Shown: positions 49,690-59,325 of the stretch, piece after piece
Numbering within the stretch: the stretch's first letter is position 1
Layout of the letters: each line of letters starts with the position of its first letter
NCBI GenBank assembly: GCA_050253075.1
Contig: JBFWJS010000001.1
Span: 224,001-288,000, forward strand
Source of the DNA: Deferribacterales bacterium
GTDB lineage: Bacteria; Chrysiogenota; Deferribacteres; Deferribacterales; Geovibrionaceae
Direction: 5' to 3'
DNA: 64,000 nucleotides
Position numbers and translations under genes: made by a program
Notes under the pieces: model-generated
The model's input: the letters and a program-made list of their open reading frames with translations, nothing else
What the model was told of the DNA's origin: nothing
The model's database searches: none

Positions 49690-50520
49690 CTACTGCTTCG
49701 GGTCTAAGATATCTCTGAGACCTTCACCCAGAAGATTATATCCCAATACGGTTATGAATATAGCTATGCCCGGGAAGAATGACAGCCACCAGGCAAACAT
49801 GATGTTGTCCTTACCCGCCGTGAGAATGTTTCCCCATGAGGGTGTAGGCGGCTGAACCCCCAGACCGAGAAAGCTGAGAGAAGACTCTGTGAGTATAGCA
49901 CCCGCAACGCCGAGGGTGGCGGTTACGAATATAGGCGTAAAGACATTCGGCAGTATATGCTTCACCATTGTCAGCCAGACGGGGAGCCCCTGAACCTTTG
50001 CCGAGACTATGTAGTCTCTCGTTTTCACACTGAGCACTTCCGCACGGACGAGCCTCGTAACGCCCATCCAGCCTGTCAGACCGATGATGACCATGACATT
50101 CACTATGGAAGGGCTGAGGAAAGCGATCACCGCGAGTATCAGGAAAAAAGACGGAAAGCAGAGCATGATATCCACAAAGCGCATTATTATGCCGTCTATC
50201 AGACCGCCGAAATAACCGGAGATCAGCCCTAGAATAACCCCAATTAAAATAGATATCCCCACTGCAATAAATCCAACGAAAAGAGATATCCTGCTGCCAT
50301 AGATGATACGGCTGAAAACGTCTCTCCCCAGATCGTCAGTGCCGAAGAAGTGATCGGCAGACGGAGCGAGAAAGACCGAATCGAAATCTATATGGGCAGG
50401 GTCGTGGGTCGCAATCAATGGAGCGAACACAGCCACGATGAAAAACATAAGTACAATCACCAGACCAGAATAAAATAGCAGGCTTCCGTTCAGCCTCGAG
50501 AACAGTCTATTTCTTACCAT
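49690..50520 (-). CDS. Oligopeptide/dipeptide ABC permease (OppC/DppC-like)
   Basis: HFFGTDDLGRD, HILPN, ESSLSFLGLG..PPTPSWG. Confidence 0.92.
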   Translation of the reverse strand: MVRNRLFSRLNGSLLFYSGLVIVLMFFIVAVFAPLIATHDPAHIDFDSVFLAPSADHFFGTDDLGRDVFSRIIYGSRISLFVGFIAVGISILIGVILGLISGYFGGLIDGIIMRFVDIMLCFPSFFLILAVIAFLSPSIVNVMVIIGLTGWMGVTRLVRAEVLSVKTRDYIVSAKVQGLPVWLTMVKHILPNVFTPIFVTATLGVAGAILTESSLSFLGLGVQPPTPSWGNILTAGKDNIMFAWWLSFFPGIAIFITVLGYNLLGEGLRDILDPKQ

Positions 50521-51487
50521 AACGTATCCTCGGGTCCACAAGACCATAGCTGATATCTGCGATAAGGTTACCCACCAGTGTCAGCACTGCGCCCAGCACC
50601 AGCACCCCCATCACGACGGGGTAATCCCTCGCCATAACAGACTGATAGAAAAGCTGTCCCATGCCCGGGATGCTGAATATAGACTCAAATATCACACTCC
50701 CGCCGATGAGCCCGGGTATGGATAAACCGAGTATCGTCACAACGGGGAGCATAGCATTCTTAAGTGCGTGCTTGAAGACCACCTTCCCTTCGGAGAGTCC
50801 TCTCGCTCTGGCACTGACGATGTATTCCTCACCCAGAACATCCAGCATAGAGTTCCGAGCGAAGCGTGACAGCCCAGCCAGTCCGCCGAAGACGGAAAGT
50901 ACGATAGGCAGAAATGCGTGATGGAGTATATCAAAGACCTTCCCCATTGTGGAAAGCTGTTCGTAATTATATGATTTTAGCCCTGAGATAGGCAGCCAGC
51001 CCTTCACCACTCCGAAGTAGTACATGCATAAAAGAGCGAGCCAGAAAGTAGGCACAGCAAAGCCCACAAAGACAAATACCGTGACGGATTTGTCAAATAT
51101 ACTGTTCTGCCGATAGGCGGACAGCACCCCCAAAGGGAGCGCAACCATGAATATGAGAACCATCCCCGCAACATTCAGCCATATGGTCACAGGCATCCTT
51201 TCGCCTATCTTCTCCATAACGCTCCTGCCGTCGGGCGCAAAGGATTCGCCGAAATCGAGCACGGCGACACGCTTCACCCATTCGTAGTATCTGATGTGCA
51301 GAGGCTTGTCCAGTCCGTACATCTTCACGAATTTCTCATGGGCAGATTCGGAAAATTTAGGGTTCATCGAGGATAAAAACTGCGCAGGGTCGCCGGGGGC
51401 GAGGTGTATCACGGCAAAACAGATGATAGTGATGCCTATCAAAAGAGGAACCATCCCGACAAGTCTTTTCAGTATAAAAGCAAGCAT
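50507..51487 (-). CDS. Oligopeptide/dipeptide ABC permease (OppB/DppB-like)
   Basis: LAPGDP, ARARGL, HALKNA, IFSIPGMG, DPRI. Confidence 0.92.
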   Translation of the reverse strand: MLAFILKRLVGMVPLLIGITIICFAVIHLAPGDPAQFLSSMNPKFSESAHEKFVKMYGLDKPLHIRYYEWVKRVAVLDFGESFAPDGRSVMEKIGERMPVTIWLNVAGMVLIFMVALPLGVLSAYRQNSIFDKSVTVFVFVGFAVPTFWLALLCMYYFGVVKGWLPISGLKSYNYEQLSTMGKVFDILHHAFLPIVLSVFGGLAGLSRFARNSMLDVLGEEYIVSARARGLSEGKVVFKHALKNAMLPVVTILGLSIPGLIGGSVIFESIFSIPGMGQLFYQSVMARDYPVVMGVLVLGAVLTLVGNLIADISYGLVDPRIRYGKK

Positions 51488-51530
51488 ATGCAAACCTTAT
51501 ATTATGAAGCTCAGAACGGCTTACTGATTA

Positions 51531-53183
51531 TCACTGTTCAAAGTGGTATTTCTGATTCTCTTTCTTTACCCACCACTTGTCCTGATTGTGCGTCAGTCCT
51601 GCGGGAGCGGGGGAGACATCCTCAAATCTTTTAGAGAGCGCAACAAGGGAATACGGCACATAGAGGAAAGTGTAAGGCTGATCCTCTGCCAGTATCTCCT
51701 GAGCTTTGTGGTAATAGACCTTTCTCTCTTCAGGGTCGAAGACCTTGCGGCCTTCGATGAGTAGCCTGTCCAGCTCTTCGTTTTTATAGCATATGAAGTT
51801 CAGCTTTCTGCCGCCGCAGTTGCCCGAATACCACACATCGTAGAGATCAGGGTCGTTTGTGATGTTCCATCCGAGAACAACAGCGTCGAACTTCTGTTTG
51901 TCTATGTATTCGTTGATGAAGGTAGCCCACTCGAGTATGCGGATATTAACCTTAACGCCGACCTTCGCCCAGCTCTGCTGGAGTGTTTCGCATATCTTTG
52001 TGCGGACAGTGTTCCCCTGATTTGTCATCAGTTCGAACTCGAAAGGCTTACCGTCTTTGTCTAGTATTCCGTCGCCGTTGCTGTCTGTATATCCTGCCTC
52101 GGCGAAGAGTGCTTTCGCTTTTTCAGGGCTGTATTCATACTTTTCCACATTGTCGTTATACCATATTGTCCCCGGTTTATAAGGGCCGTGGGCAGGTATG
52201 CCGAGGTCGAAGAGGATGCCTCTTACGATCTCTTCCTTTGGTGTGGCGTAAGTGAGAGCCTGACGGACACGTTTGTCGTCGAATGGTTTTTTCAGGTTGT
52301 TATACCCTACATATGTATAGCCGAAGCTGAGATAGTTATATTTGTCGTATGCGTCCGTGAATCTGGGGTTACTGTCTGTCTGCTTTGACCATTGCAGAGG
52401 TGTCAGCCCCATGACGTCTATCGCACCGTTTAAAAGCTCGAGAAATATAGTGGCGGTATCAGGGATGATCCTTGTCACCAGCCTGTCTATATAAGGACGG
52501 CCTTTGAAGTATTCGTCGTTGGCAGTGAGGGTGATGGATTCGCCCGCTTTCCACTCTTTGAATTTATATGGTCCCGTACCGACAGGCTCACGCAGCAGCG
52601 GAGACTTTGTCACGTCTACTCCGTCCAGCAGATGCTTCGGCAGCACGGCCATGCTCCAGCTTATCAGCGCAGGTGCAAAAGGCTCTTCGTAGCTGACCTT
52701 CACGGTATAATCGTCGAGAACTTCGAAGGATTTGACAAGGCGAAAGTCTGCGTCGTATGACGTAGGCGTCTTGTCGTCTATCATGAACTTATAGGTGAAC
52801 TCCACATCGGCAGCAGTAAAAGGCGCACCGTCGTGCCACTTCACACCTTTTCTCAGGTGGAACACGATGGTCTTCCCTTCGTTTGTGATATCCCAGCTTT
52901 CGGCCAGATCACCGACAATGTTCAGGTCCTTGTCGTATTCGACAAGTCCGCTGTATATCTTTGCGGCGACCTCATGCGAGGCGGAATCCGATGTGATGTT
53001 ATAAATGAGCCCTGTGGCATCCCCTATACTGGAGCTGACATAGGCATCACCGTTAACAGGCATACCGCTCTTTGATACGGCCTGTTTTTCTTTAGAAGCA
53101 GCTTTTTCAGCACCCTTTTCCCCGCTGTCCCCGCAACCGACGAGGGCGAGCATGAGGGCAAAGATAAAAAGCCTTATTATCAC
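51531..53183 (-). CDS. Peptide ABC transporter substrate-binding lipoprotein (family 5)
   Basis: Lipobox LVGC; LAESW, LRKGVKWHDG, PVGTGPY, VRQAL. Confidence 0.92.
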   Translation of the reverse strand: MIIRLFIFALMLALVGCGDSGEKGAEKAASKEKQAVSKSGMPVNGDAYVSSSIGDATGLIYNITSDSASHEVAAKIYSGLVEYDKDLNIVGDLAESWDITNEGKTIVFHLRKGVKWHDGAPFTAADVEFTYKFMIDDKTPTSYDADFRLVKSFEVLDDYTVKVSYEEPFAPALISWSMAVLPKHLLDGVDVTKSPLLREPVGTGPYKFKEWKAGESITLTANDEYFKGRPYIDRLVTRIIPDTATIFLELLNGAIDVMGLTPLQWSKQTDSNPRFTDAYDKYNYLSFGYTYVGYNNLKKPFDDKRVRQALTYATPKEEIVRGILFDLGIPAHGPYKPGTIWYNDNVEKYEYSPEKAKALFAEAGYTDSNGDGILDKDGKPFEFELMTNQGNTVRTKICETLQQSWAKVGVKVNIRILEWATFINEYIDKQKFDAVVLGWNITNDPDLYDVWYSGNCGGRKLNFICYKNEELDRLLIEGRKVFDPEERKVYYHKAQEILAEDQPYTFLYVPYSLVALSKRFEDVSPAPAGLTHNQDKWWVKKENQKYHFEQ

Positions 53184-53518
53184 TTCGACTCCGATGGAGC
53201 GATAGGCTGAGCAGGCTCAGCAGGCATAGCAGGAACAGACTGCTCAACAGCAGCGGGCTGCTGGAACTGGTCGATGACACTGTTTGTGCTCTTTTGTGTT
53301 GAAAGAATAGCAAGAAGCAGTGATGTCACCATGAAAAGGATAGCAACAACAGTCGTGATCCTGTTCATTATATTTACAGGTGTTCCGGGGCCGAATACAT
53401 CGCCCTGTCCGCCGCCGAAAGCAGCTCCGAGTGATGATCCCTTACCGGCCTGAAGAAGAACCGCAAGTATCAGTAAAAAGCAAACAAAAAGGTGCAGTGC
53501 AAGTATAATGGTATACAT
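53180..53518 (-). CDS. secG: Preprotein translocase subunit SecG
   Basis: VLLQAGKGSSLGAAFGGG; follows tpiA. Confidence 0.93.
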   Translation of the reverse strand: MYTIILALHLFVCFLLILAVLLQAGKGSSLGAAFGGGQGDVFGPGTPVNIMNRITTVVAILFMVTSLLLAILSTQKSTNSVIDQFQQPAAVEQSVPAMPAEPAQPIAPSESK

Positions 53519-53531
53519 TCAAAATCTCCGT

Positions 53532-54293
53532 TTATCCGTTAAAATTTATTAGTTTTGCAAACGATGTGGCATCAAGGCTGGCTCCGCCGACCAATGCGCC
53601 GTCTATATTTTCTCTCATCATCAGTGCCGATACGTTGTCAGGCTTTACGCTGCCGCCATAGAGTATCCTCACCTTTTCGGCTACGACTGGACCATACATT
53701 TTAGCAAGGTGCATGCGTATCTTAGCGTGGATATCCTCGGCATCCGCAGGTGTAGCAGTCATGCCTGTGCCTATCGCCCATACGGGCTCATAAGCGAGCG
53801 TTATGTTGCTGATCCTGTCCATGCCGATATCTCTGAGCCCCATGCCCACCTGATACGTAACACGGTCAGCGGCAACACCGCTCTCTCTCTCCTCGAGTGT
53901 CTCGCCGACACAGAGGATGACGTTCAGTCTGTTTCTGAGAGCCGTTTTTACTTTTTCGTTTATAACTGCATCAGTCTCGCCGTAGAGGGTGCGCCTCTCG
54001 GAGTGTCCGAGGATAACGCTGTCTGCGCCTGTGGAGGCGACCATAGGTGCGCTCACTTCGCCGGTGAATGCGCCCTTCTCCTCTGCGGAGATATTCTGTG
54101 CAGAGACAGATATAGGGTATCCCATCTGTCTGATTGTTTCGGTAACTTTAGAAAGAGAGCAGAAATCAGGAGCTATACCCACGTCCACTTTTCCGTAGTC
54201 TATCTTGACGGAGAGGATAGAGCTGACAAGGTCGCACGATTCCTTCACGTCCAGATTCATTTTCCAGTTTCCGCAGATATATGGTTTTCTCAT
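53532..54293 (-). CDS. tpiA: Triosephosphate isomerase
   Basis: GNWKMN, GHSERR, AYEPVWAIGTG, YGGSV, LVGGASL. Confidence 0.98.
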   Translation of the reverse strand: MRKPYICGNWKMNLDVKESCDLVSSILSVKIDYGKVDVGIAPDFCSLSKVTETIRQMGYPISVSAQNISAEEKGAFTGEVSAPMVASTGADSVILGHSERRTLYGETDAVINEKVKTALRNRLNVILCVGETLEERESGVAADRVTYQVGMGLRDIGMDRISNITLAYEPVWAIGTGMTATPADAEDIHAKIRMHLAKMYGPVVAEKVRILYGGSVKPDNVSALMMRENIDGALVGGASLDATSFAKLINFNG

Positions 54294-54296
54294 CTC

Positions 54297-54677
54297 TTAC
54301 TCCTCTTCAGCCGTATCCTTTATGGATGTGTGCGAAACGTTTCCGCCCATGGAGCAGTTACCGTTGAAGATAACGCCCTCTTCCACTTTGAAGATGGGAG
54401 TATTAACTGTACCTGTGACATACGCAGGTTTATAAAGTTCGACCTTTTCTTTGGCGTTGATAACGCCGTCGAATCTGCCGGAGATTTTAACATCTCCTGC
54501 TTCGATCTCAGCCTTAACATTTCCTGAGCCTGCGATAACGAGGGTGTCATCTGTTTTGATATTCCCCTCAAAGTTGCCGTCGATCCTGACAAGTCCGTCG
54601 AAGATAAGTGTTCCGTTAAAACTTGTATTCTTACCGAGGAAAGCGTCAATGCTGTTTGTATCTTTTGGTCCTTTCAT
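54297..54677 (-). CDS. Bactofilin (polymer-forming cytoskeletal protein)
   Basis: LGKNTSFNGTLIFDGLVRIDGNFEGNI...VEEGVIFNGNCSM beta-helix pattern. Confidence 0.92.
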   Translation of the reverse strand: MKGPKDTNSIDAFLGKNTSFNGTLIFDGLVRIDGNFEGNIKTDDTLVIAGSGNVKAEIEAGDVKISGRFDGVINAKEKVELYKPAYVTGTVNTPIFKVEEGVIFNGNCSMGGNVSHTSIKDTAEEE

Positions 54678-55523
54678 CTATTCCCCTCTGATTGTTTTTA
54701 TAATTCTGTCCAGATCATCATCACTGGAATACTTTATGGCAATCGTCCCGCCCTTTTTAGCAGGTTTTATCTCTATCTTAGTGCGGAAGAATTCCTCCAT
54801 CTCAGCAGCTAAGCTCATCACAAAGATGTTCTCGTCTTCCACTTTCTTATCCATGATCTTTTCACGCTCTTTCTTACTTACGAGCTTCTCCACATCACGG
54901 ACAGAAAGATTATTGTCTATTATTTTGAAAAGAATTTCAACAGCCTTCTTCTCGTCTAAGCCTATAAGAGCCCTTGCGTGTCCTTCGCTGATGAGGTTAT
55001 CCTCCAGCGCCATGATGATCTTCGACGGAAGAGAAAGCAGTCTGAGCGTGTTAGCCACTGCCGAGCGGCTCTTACCCACGACATCCGCCACGTCTTCCTG
55101 ACGGTAAGAGTGCGCATCCATAAGGTTCTTATACGCTCTAGCCAGTTCCAGCGGCCCGAGGTTCTCACGCTGAATGTTCTCTATCAGTGCGAGCTCCAGC
55201 TTCTCTGTCTCATGCTCTATTATGCGGACAACGGCAGGAACCCTGCGCAAACCGGCAAGCCCCGCAGCACGCCAGCGTCTTTCACCGGCGATGATAATGT
55301 ATTTCCCCTCTTCCTCGTGCGCCGTCAGAACAAGCGGCTGTATTACGCCGTTCTTTCTGATGGAATCAGTCAGTTCGGAAAGAGCTTCTTCATCAAAGAC
55401 CTTTCTAGGCTGGTCGGGGTTCGGTATGATATCTGCGATATCTATCTCATTCACTATGGTTCTGGTTTTTTCCGCTTTAGGGATAAGGCTTTCCAGCCCT
55501 TTACCTAATGTACTTTTTTTCAT
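54678..55523 (-). CDS. parB: Chromosome partitioning protein ParB/Spo0J
   Basis: LGKGLESLI, NPDQPRK, IIAGERRWRA, LIENIQRE, GKSRSAVAN HTH. Confidence 0.96.
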   Translation of the reverse strand: MKKSTLGKGLESLIPKAEKTRTIVNEIDIADIIPNPDQPRKVFDEEALSELTDSIRKNGVIQPLVLTAHEEEGKYIIIAGERRWRAAGLAGLRRVPAVVRIIEHETEKLELALIENIQRENLGPLELARAYKNLMDAHSYRQEDVADVVGKSRSAVANTLRLLSLPSKIIMALEDNLISEGHARALIGLDEKKAVEILFKIIDNNLSVRDVEKLVSKKEREKIMDKKVEDENIFVMSLAAEMEEFFRTKIEIKPAKKGGTIAIKYSSDDDLDRIIKTIRGE

Positions 55524-56284
55524 GAAAGCCTCGCAAGCATCTCTTTAGCCAGCTCGATGTAGCTCGCTGCGCCTTTTGATTTTATATCATATTCGATGAT
55601 GGACTGACCAAAGCTGGGAGCCTCGGAGAGTCTTACATTTCGGGGGATAATTGTTTTGAATATATTGTCTGAGAGGTATTCTTCCACCTCTTTCTGCACT
55701 TCTTTAGAAAGGTTGTTCCTCGGGTCGAACATGGTGAGGAGTATCCCCTCCAGCTCGAGGTCTTCGTTCAGGCTCTCTCTTATGAGTCTAATAGTGTTCA
55801 GCAGCTGCCCCAGCCCCTCCATTGCGTAATACTCACACTGCAGAGGTATAAGGACGGAATCAGCCGCCGTAAGGGAGTTAATGGTGAGCAGTCCGAGGGA
55901 TGGCGGGCAATCTATCATGATCATATTATAATCATCTACAACGCCTGCGAGAGCCTTTTTCAGCTTTGTCTCACGGGACATCTCCGTAACAAGCTCCACC
56001 TCGGCAGCGGACAGATTTATATTGCCCGGGATAATGTCGAGGTTATCGACCTTTGTCGCACGGATAGTGCTCCTCGCATCTGCACGCCCTATTAAGACGT
56101 CATAGATAGATGCACAGTCGTCGGACAGCTCCACACCGAGACCGCTCGTTGCGTTCCCCTGCGGGTCCATATCGACCACGAGCACCTTCGCATCTGCGAA
56201 GCAAAGTGCCGAGCTCAGATTTATTGCGGTGGTGGTTTTTCCGACACCACCTTTCTGGTTTGCTATAGCGATGATTTTTCCCAT
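55520..56284 (-). CDS. parA: Chromosome partitioning ATPase ParA/Soj
   Basis: ANQKGGVGKTTT, DPQGNAT, DCPPSLG, QCEYYA, IPRNVRLSEAPS. Confidence 0.96.
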   Translation of the reverse strand: MGKIIAIANQKGGVGKTTTAINLSSALCFADAKVLVVDMDPQGNATSGLGVELSDDCASIYDVLIGRADARSTIRATKVDNLDIIPGNINLSAAEVELVTEMSRETKLKKALAGVVDDYNMIMIDCPPSLGLLTINSLTAADSVLIPLQCEYYAMEGLGQLLNTIRLIRESLNEDLELEGILLTMFDPRNNLSKEVQKEVEEYLSDNIFKTIIPRNVRLSEAPSFGQSIIEYDIKSKGAASYIELAKEMLARLS

Positions 56285-56345
56285 AGAACCCTCAGATTAA
56301 TAAATAAATAGCTAAAAATCAATAAAGGTTTATTAAAGCTCTCAT

Positions 56346-57158
56346 TTATTTATAACTTTTAAATTTGTCTATCAAAACCGTAACAAAAAAGCAGGCTGCG
56401 GAAACAGCTATTATGCTGGCCCCCGAGGTAAGGTTGAAGAAATATGAGAGCAGCAGCCCCGTGATGGAAAACAGGAGAGAAAACACAGTAGACCAGACCA
56501 TCATACCCTTCAGAGATGCAGAACGCTTCTCCGCTATATACGGCGGGATGGTCAGCATGGAGATGACGAGTATCAGTCCCACCACACGTATCAGCATCAC
56601 AACAGCCAGAGCAGACATCACCAACATAGAGATGTATATGAGGTCGGAACGGACGCCCATGCTGGATGCAAACTCGCTGTCGAAGCTGACTGCGTGTATC
56701 TCTCTGTAGAGAGCTAAAATATATACAATGATAACGGCGTCAAGCACCGCCATATAAACTATGTCGCTGAACGGAACCGAAAGAATACTGCCGAATAAGT
56801 AGCTCATCAGGTCGACATTATACCCGGGGGTGAGATCCATAAGGATTATCCCCACCGCCATGCCGAATGCCCACATAGCACCTATCACTGTGTCTGCACG
56901 GTGCTTTGTATGCATAGTGATGAAAGCCATTATAACTGCGGAAACAACGGCAAATACACCCGCACCCAGTATGGGCGACAGCCCGAGGAAAAATGCGAGA
57001 CCTATACCGCCGTAGGCAGTGTGTGCTATACCGCCCGAGATGAAGACTATCCTGTTCACCACAACAAGACTGCCTATGATACCGCATGCGACAGATGCCA
57101 GAATGGCAGCTACCAGAGCATTCTGCATGAAACCGTATGTAAGTATATCAGATATCAA
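56346..57158 (-). CDS. znuB: Zn/Mn ABC transporter permease (ZnuB-like)
   Basis: GIAHTAYGG, SYLFGSIL, VVGLILV. Confidence 0.85.
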   Translation of the reverse strand: MISDILTYGFMQNALVAAILASVACGIIGSLVVVNRIVFISGGIAHTAYGGIGLAFFLGLSPILGAGVFAVVSAVIMAFITMHTKHRADTVIGAMWAFGMAVGIILMDLTPGYNVDLMSYLFGSILSVPFSDIVYMAVLDAVIIVYILALYREIHAVSFDSEFASSMGVRSDLIYISMLVMSALAVVMLIRVVGLILVISMLTIPPYIAEKRSASLKGMMVWSTVFSLLFSITGLLLSYFFNLTSGASIIAVSAACFFVTVLIDKFKSYK

Positions 57159-57922
57159 TGCTTGTGCTCCTTCAGCACCCTGTGCGGATGCCCGTGGGCG
57201 ATGAGTTCTATCGGACAGCCCTCTACAGAGCCGTATGCGGCGTTTATCATATCATCCGTGATCTCGGCCTCGTCGTGCTTGTGCACGCTTCCGCTGACAC
57301 ATGCCACAGATGTTGCGTATTTCGGTATTATCGCAGTGTCGTGGCTGATGACGACGACTGTTATCTCTTTATTAAGCTCGGCGAGCAGGTCGAATATGCG
57401 GGTCTGCCCCTTCATGTCTACATTAGATGCGGGCTCGTCAAGGAAGAGGAGCTCGGGCTCTATGGCGAGGGCTCTTGCCATCAGCACACGCTGACGCTGC
57501 CCTCCCGAAAGGTCGTCCATCTTTTTATCTGCCACAGCCAGAAGAGACATCTCGTCGAGTATCTTATCCACAAATGTGCGGTCTTCGGCCTTTGTCGTCC
57601 CCTTTTTAGTCAGTACACGCCCCATCATGGCGGCCTCACGCACTGTCAGAGGGAATCCCCGCCCGGCTGAAACATCCTGAGGCACATAGCCTATCTTTCT
57701 CGATGTTCCCGGTTTTTTACCAAACACGGACACTTTTCCGCTGTCGGGTTTCAGTATGCCGAGCAGTATCTTAAGCAGAGTGCTCTTCCCGCCTCCGTTC
57801 GGACCGATAACAGCGAGAAACTCGCCCTTATTGATGTCGAAGGAGACATTCTTCAGCACTTTTACCTGACCATATGAGAAATTCAGATTTTCAACAGTGA
57901 CGATCTTTTCCGGTGAAATCAA
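57155..57922 (-). CDS. znuC: Zn/Mn ABC transporter ATPase (ZnuC-like)
   Basis: [27 protein letters not shown], His-rich tail. Confidence 0.85.
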   Translation of the reverse strand: MISPEKIVTVENLNFSYGQVKVLKNVSFDINKGEFLAVIGPNGGGKSTLLKILLGILKPDSGKVSVFGKKPGTSRKIGYVPQDVSAGRGFPLTVREAAMMGRVLTKKGTTKAEDRTFVDKILDEMSLLAVADKKMDDLSGGQRQRVLMARALAIEPELLFLDEPASNVDMKGQTRIFDLLAELNKEITVVVISHDTAIIPKYATSVACVSGSVHKHDEAEITDDMINAAYGSVEGCPIELIAHGHPHRVLKEHKH

Positions 57923-58004
57923 TGTATGCTACCTGCCGATGTAAGTATGATATAACTCTATTACACTTCAGTATGGCACACAACTGTTTTATCCGAGAAA
58001 GATA

Positions 58005-59324
58005 TCATGCTGCAATGGATGTATGTTTTTTAGGAGTATCCTTAACTTTGCGCCTGCGTTTTTCTGTCCTGCTGTAGAACATTTCCATTTTACCGTAGTT
58101 CGGTTCTTCGGTGAACTTGAACATACCGCATGCAAAGTAATAGAACAGGTCTGTCCACCATTCCTTCATGAACTGTCTGTCGCCGAGGAACATCTTTATC
58201 ACTTTCAGCGGATGACGAAAAAATTCCGCCAGAGGCCCCGTCTGGTTCGACGGATCACGGAAACACTCCCAGTCGCACAGCTTGCATTCGGGCTTTTCCT
58301 TTATCTTCCTTGTGTTCAGCTCTTCGTAAGGCCCCATGTCGCAGGCAGCACGGAAACCGCACGGGAATGCGTGTCCGCCGGAGCTCTCCACGAAAAAGTA
58401 GTCTATACCGCCGTAGCAGGCAAACCCCGCATCCTTCACTCCGCTGTATTGACGCACCAGCATCATCAGCGAACTGCGTGGGGTGAATATGCGTATGCGT
58501 CCCCTGTATTCGGGGATGGTGTCGTACATAGCTTTGAAAAGGTAGTGCTTCTCCGTGTCGTTATAGCTGACTATATCGTCCACGGACTCAGCCTTATACA
58601 CGGCGTCCCCCTGCATGCTCATAGGGTAGCAGGCATTCGCAATGGTGAAGCCCATCCCTGCGGCAAATTCATAGAAACGTCTGAAACCTTCTCTGTATGC
58701 TTCATAAAACTCTATCTTCTCCTCTTCGGAGCTTTCGGAGTTTATACTTATCTTCTCTTTCACTATCGTGCGGTTTATCCCCAGATTCGCCGAGGGGAAT
58801 ATCCCCTCCTCTCTGAAGACGAGCAGAGCAGTTCGGATGCCGTCTATCACTCCGTCCAGCCCTCTGTTCTTCTCATGCTCCATTATGTCCCACGTGTCGA
58901 GGCTGATCCAGAAGGTGTAAAGCCCGCTCTTTTTCAGCTCGTGGGCAAATTTACGCATTTTTTCCACATACCCGGGTGTACTGCTGTTGCGAAACATGAA
59001 TCCGTTCGTCCCTGTGCGGATGTAGGGTATCCCCTTTTTATGCCCGTGCTTTATGCAGTCCATCAGGTCTTTCTGAAACATGAACGGCTCGCCCCCTGTG
59101 AAGGAGAGCGCCTTTACCCTGTTCTTCGCCGCACGGTCTATGATGCGCTTCATGTCTTCGGTCTTCAGCCTTGTCCGCTCGAATTTCTCCTGCTTTCTCA
59201 TCCCACACTGCGGGCACGTGGCATTGCAGAAATCCGTGGTCTGTATGATGAGCTGACCGGGTGTCCTCCCGCGCATCAGCGCAGGCAGATTAACAGCCAG
59301 ATCCTTTATAAATCCTATCCCCAT
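58005..59324 (-). CDS. Radical SAM protein with a SPASM/twitch-like C-terminal Cys cluster
   Basis: CNATCPQC, SFTGGEP, CYGGIDYF...FPCG...CKLCDWEC; ATG at 59324 directly after the glycosyltransferase stop. Confidence 0.85.
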   Translation of the reverse strand: MGIGFIKDLAVNLPALMRGRTPGQLIIQTTDFCNATCPQCGMRKQEKFERTRLKTEDMKRIIDRAAKNRVKALSFTGGEPFMFQKDLMDCIKHGHKKGIPYIRTGTNGFMFRNSSTPGYVEKMRKFAHELKKSGLYTFWISLDTWDIMEHEKNRGLDGVIDGIRTALLVFREEGIFPSANLGINRTIVKEKISINSESSEEEKIEFYEAYREGFRRFYEFAAGMGFTIANACYPMSMQGDAVYKAESVDDIVSYNDTEKHYLFKAMYDTIPEYRGRIRIFTPRSSLMMLVRQYSGVKDAGFACYGGIDYFFVESSGGHAFPCGFRAACDMGPYEELNTRKIKEKPECKLCDWECFRDPSNQTGPLAEFFRHPLKVIKMFLGDRQFMKEWWTDLFYYFACGMFKFTEEPNYGKMEMFYSRTEKRRRKVKDTPKKHTSIAA

Positions 59325-59325
59325 T

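Noticed and set aside
54678..56345. parS site near parAB
   Set aside because: No TGTTTCACGTGAAACA-like palindrome found by eye.
57923..58004. Possible Zur/Fur box upstream of znuC, and no znuA in the window
   Set aside because: The palindrome is too loose to call, and znuA is often encoded separately.
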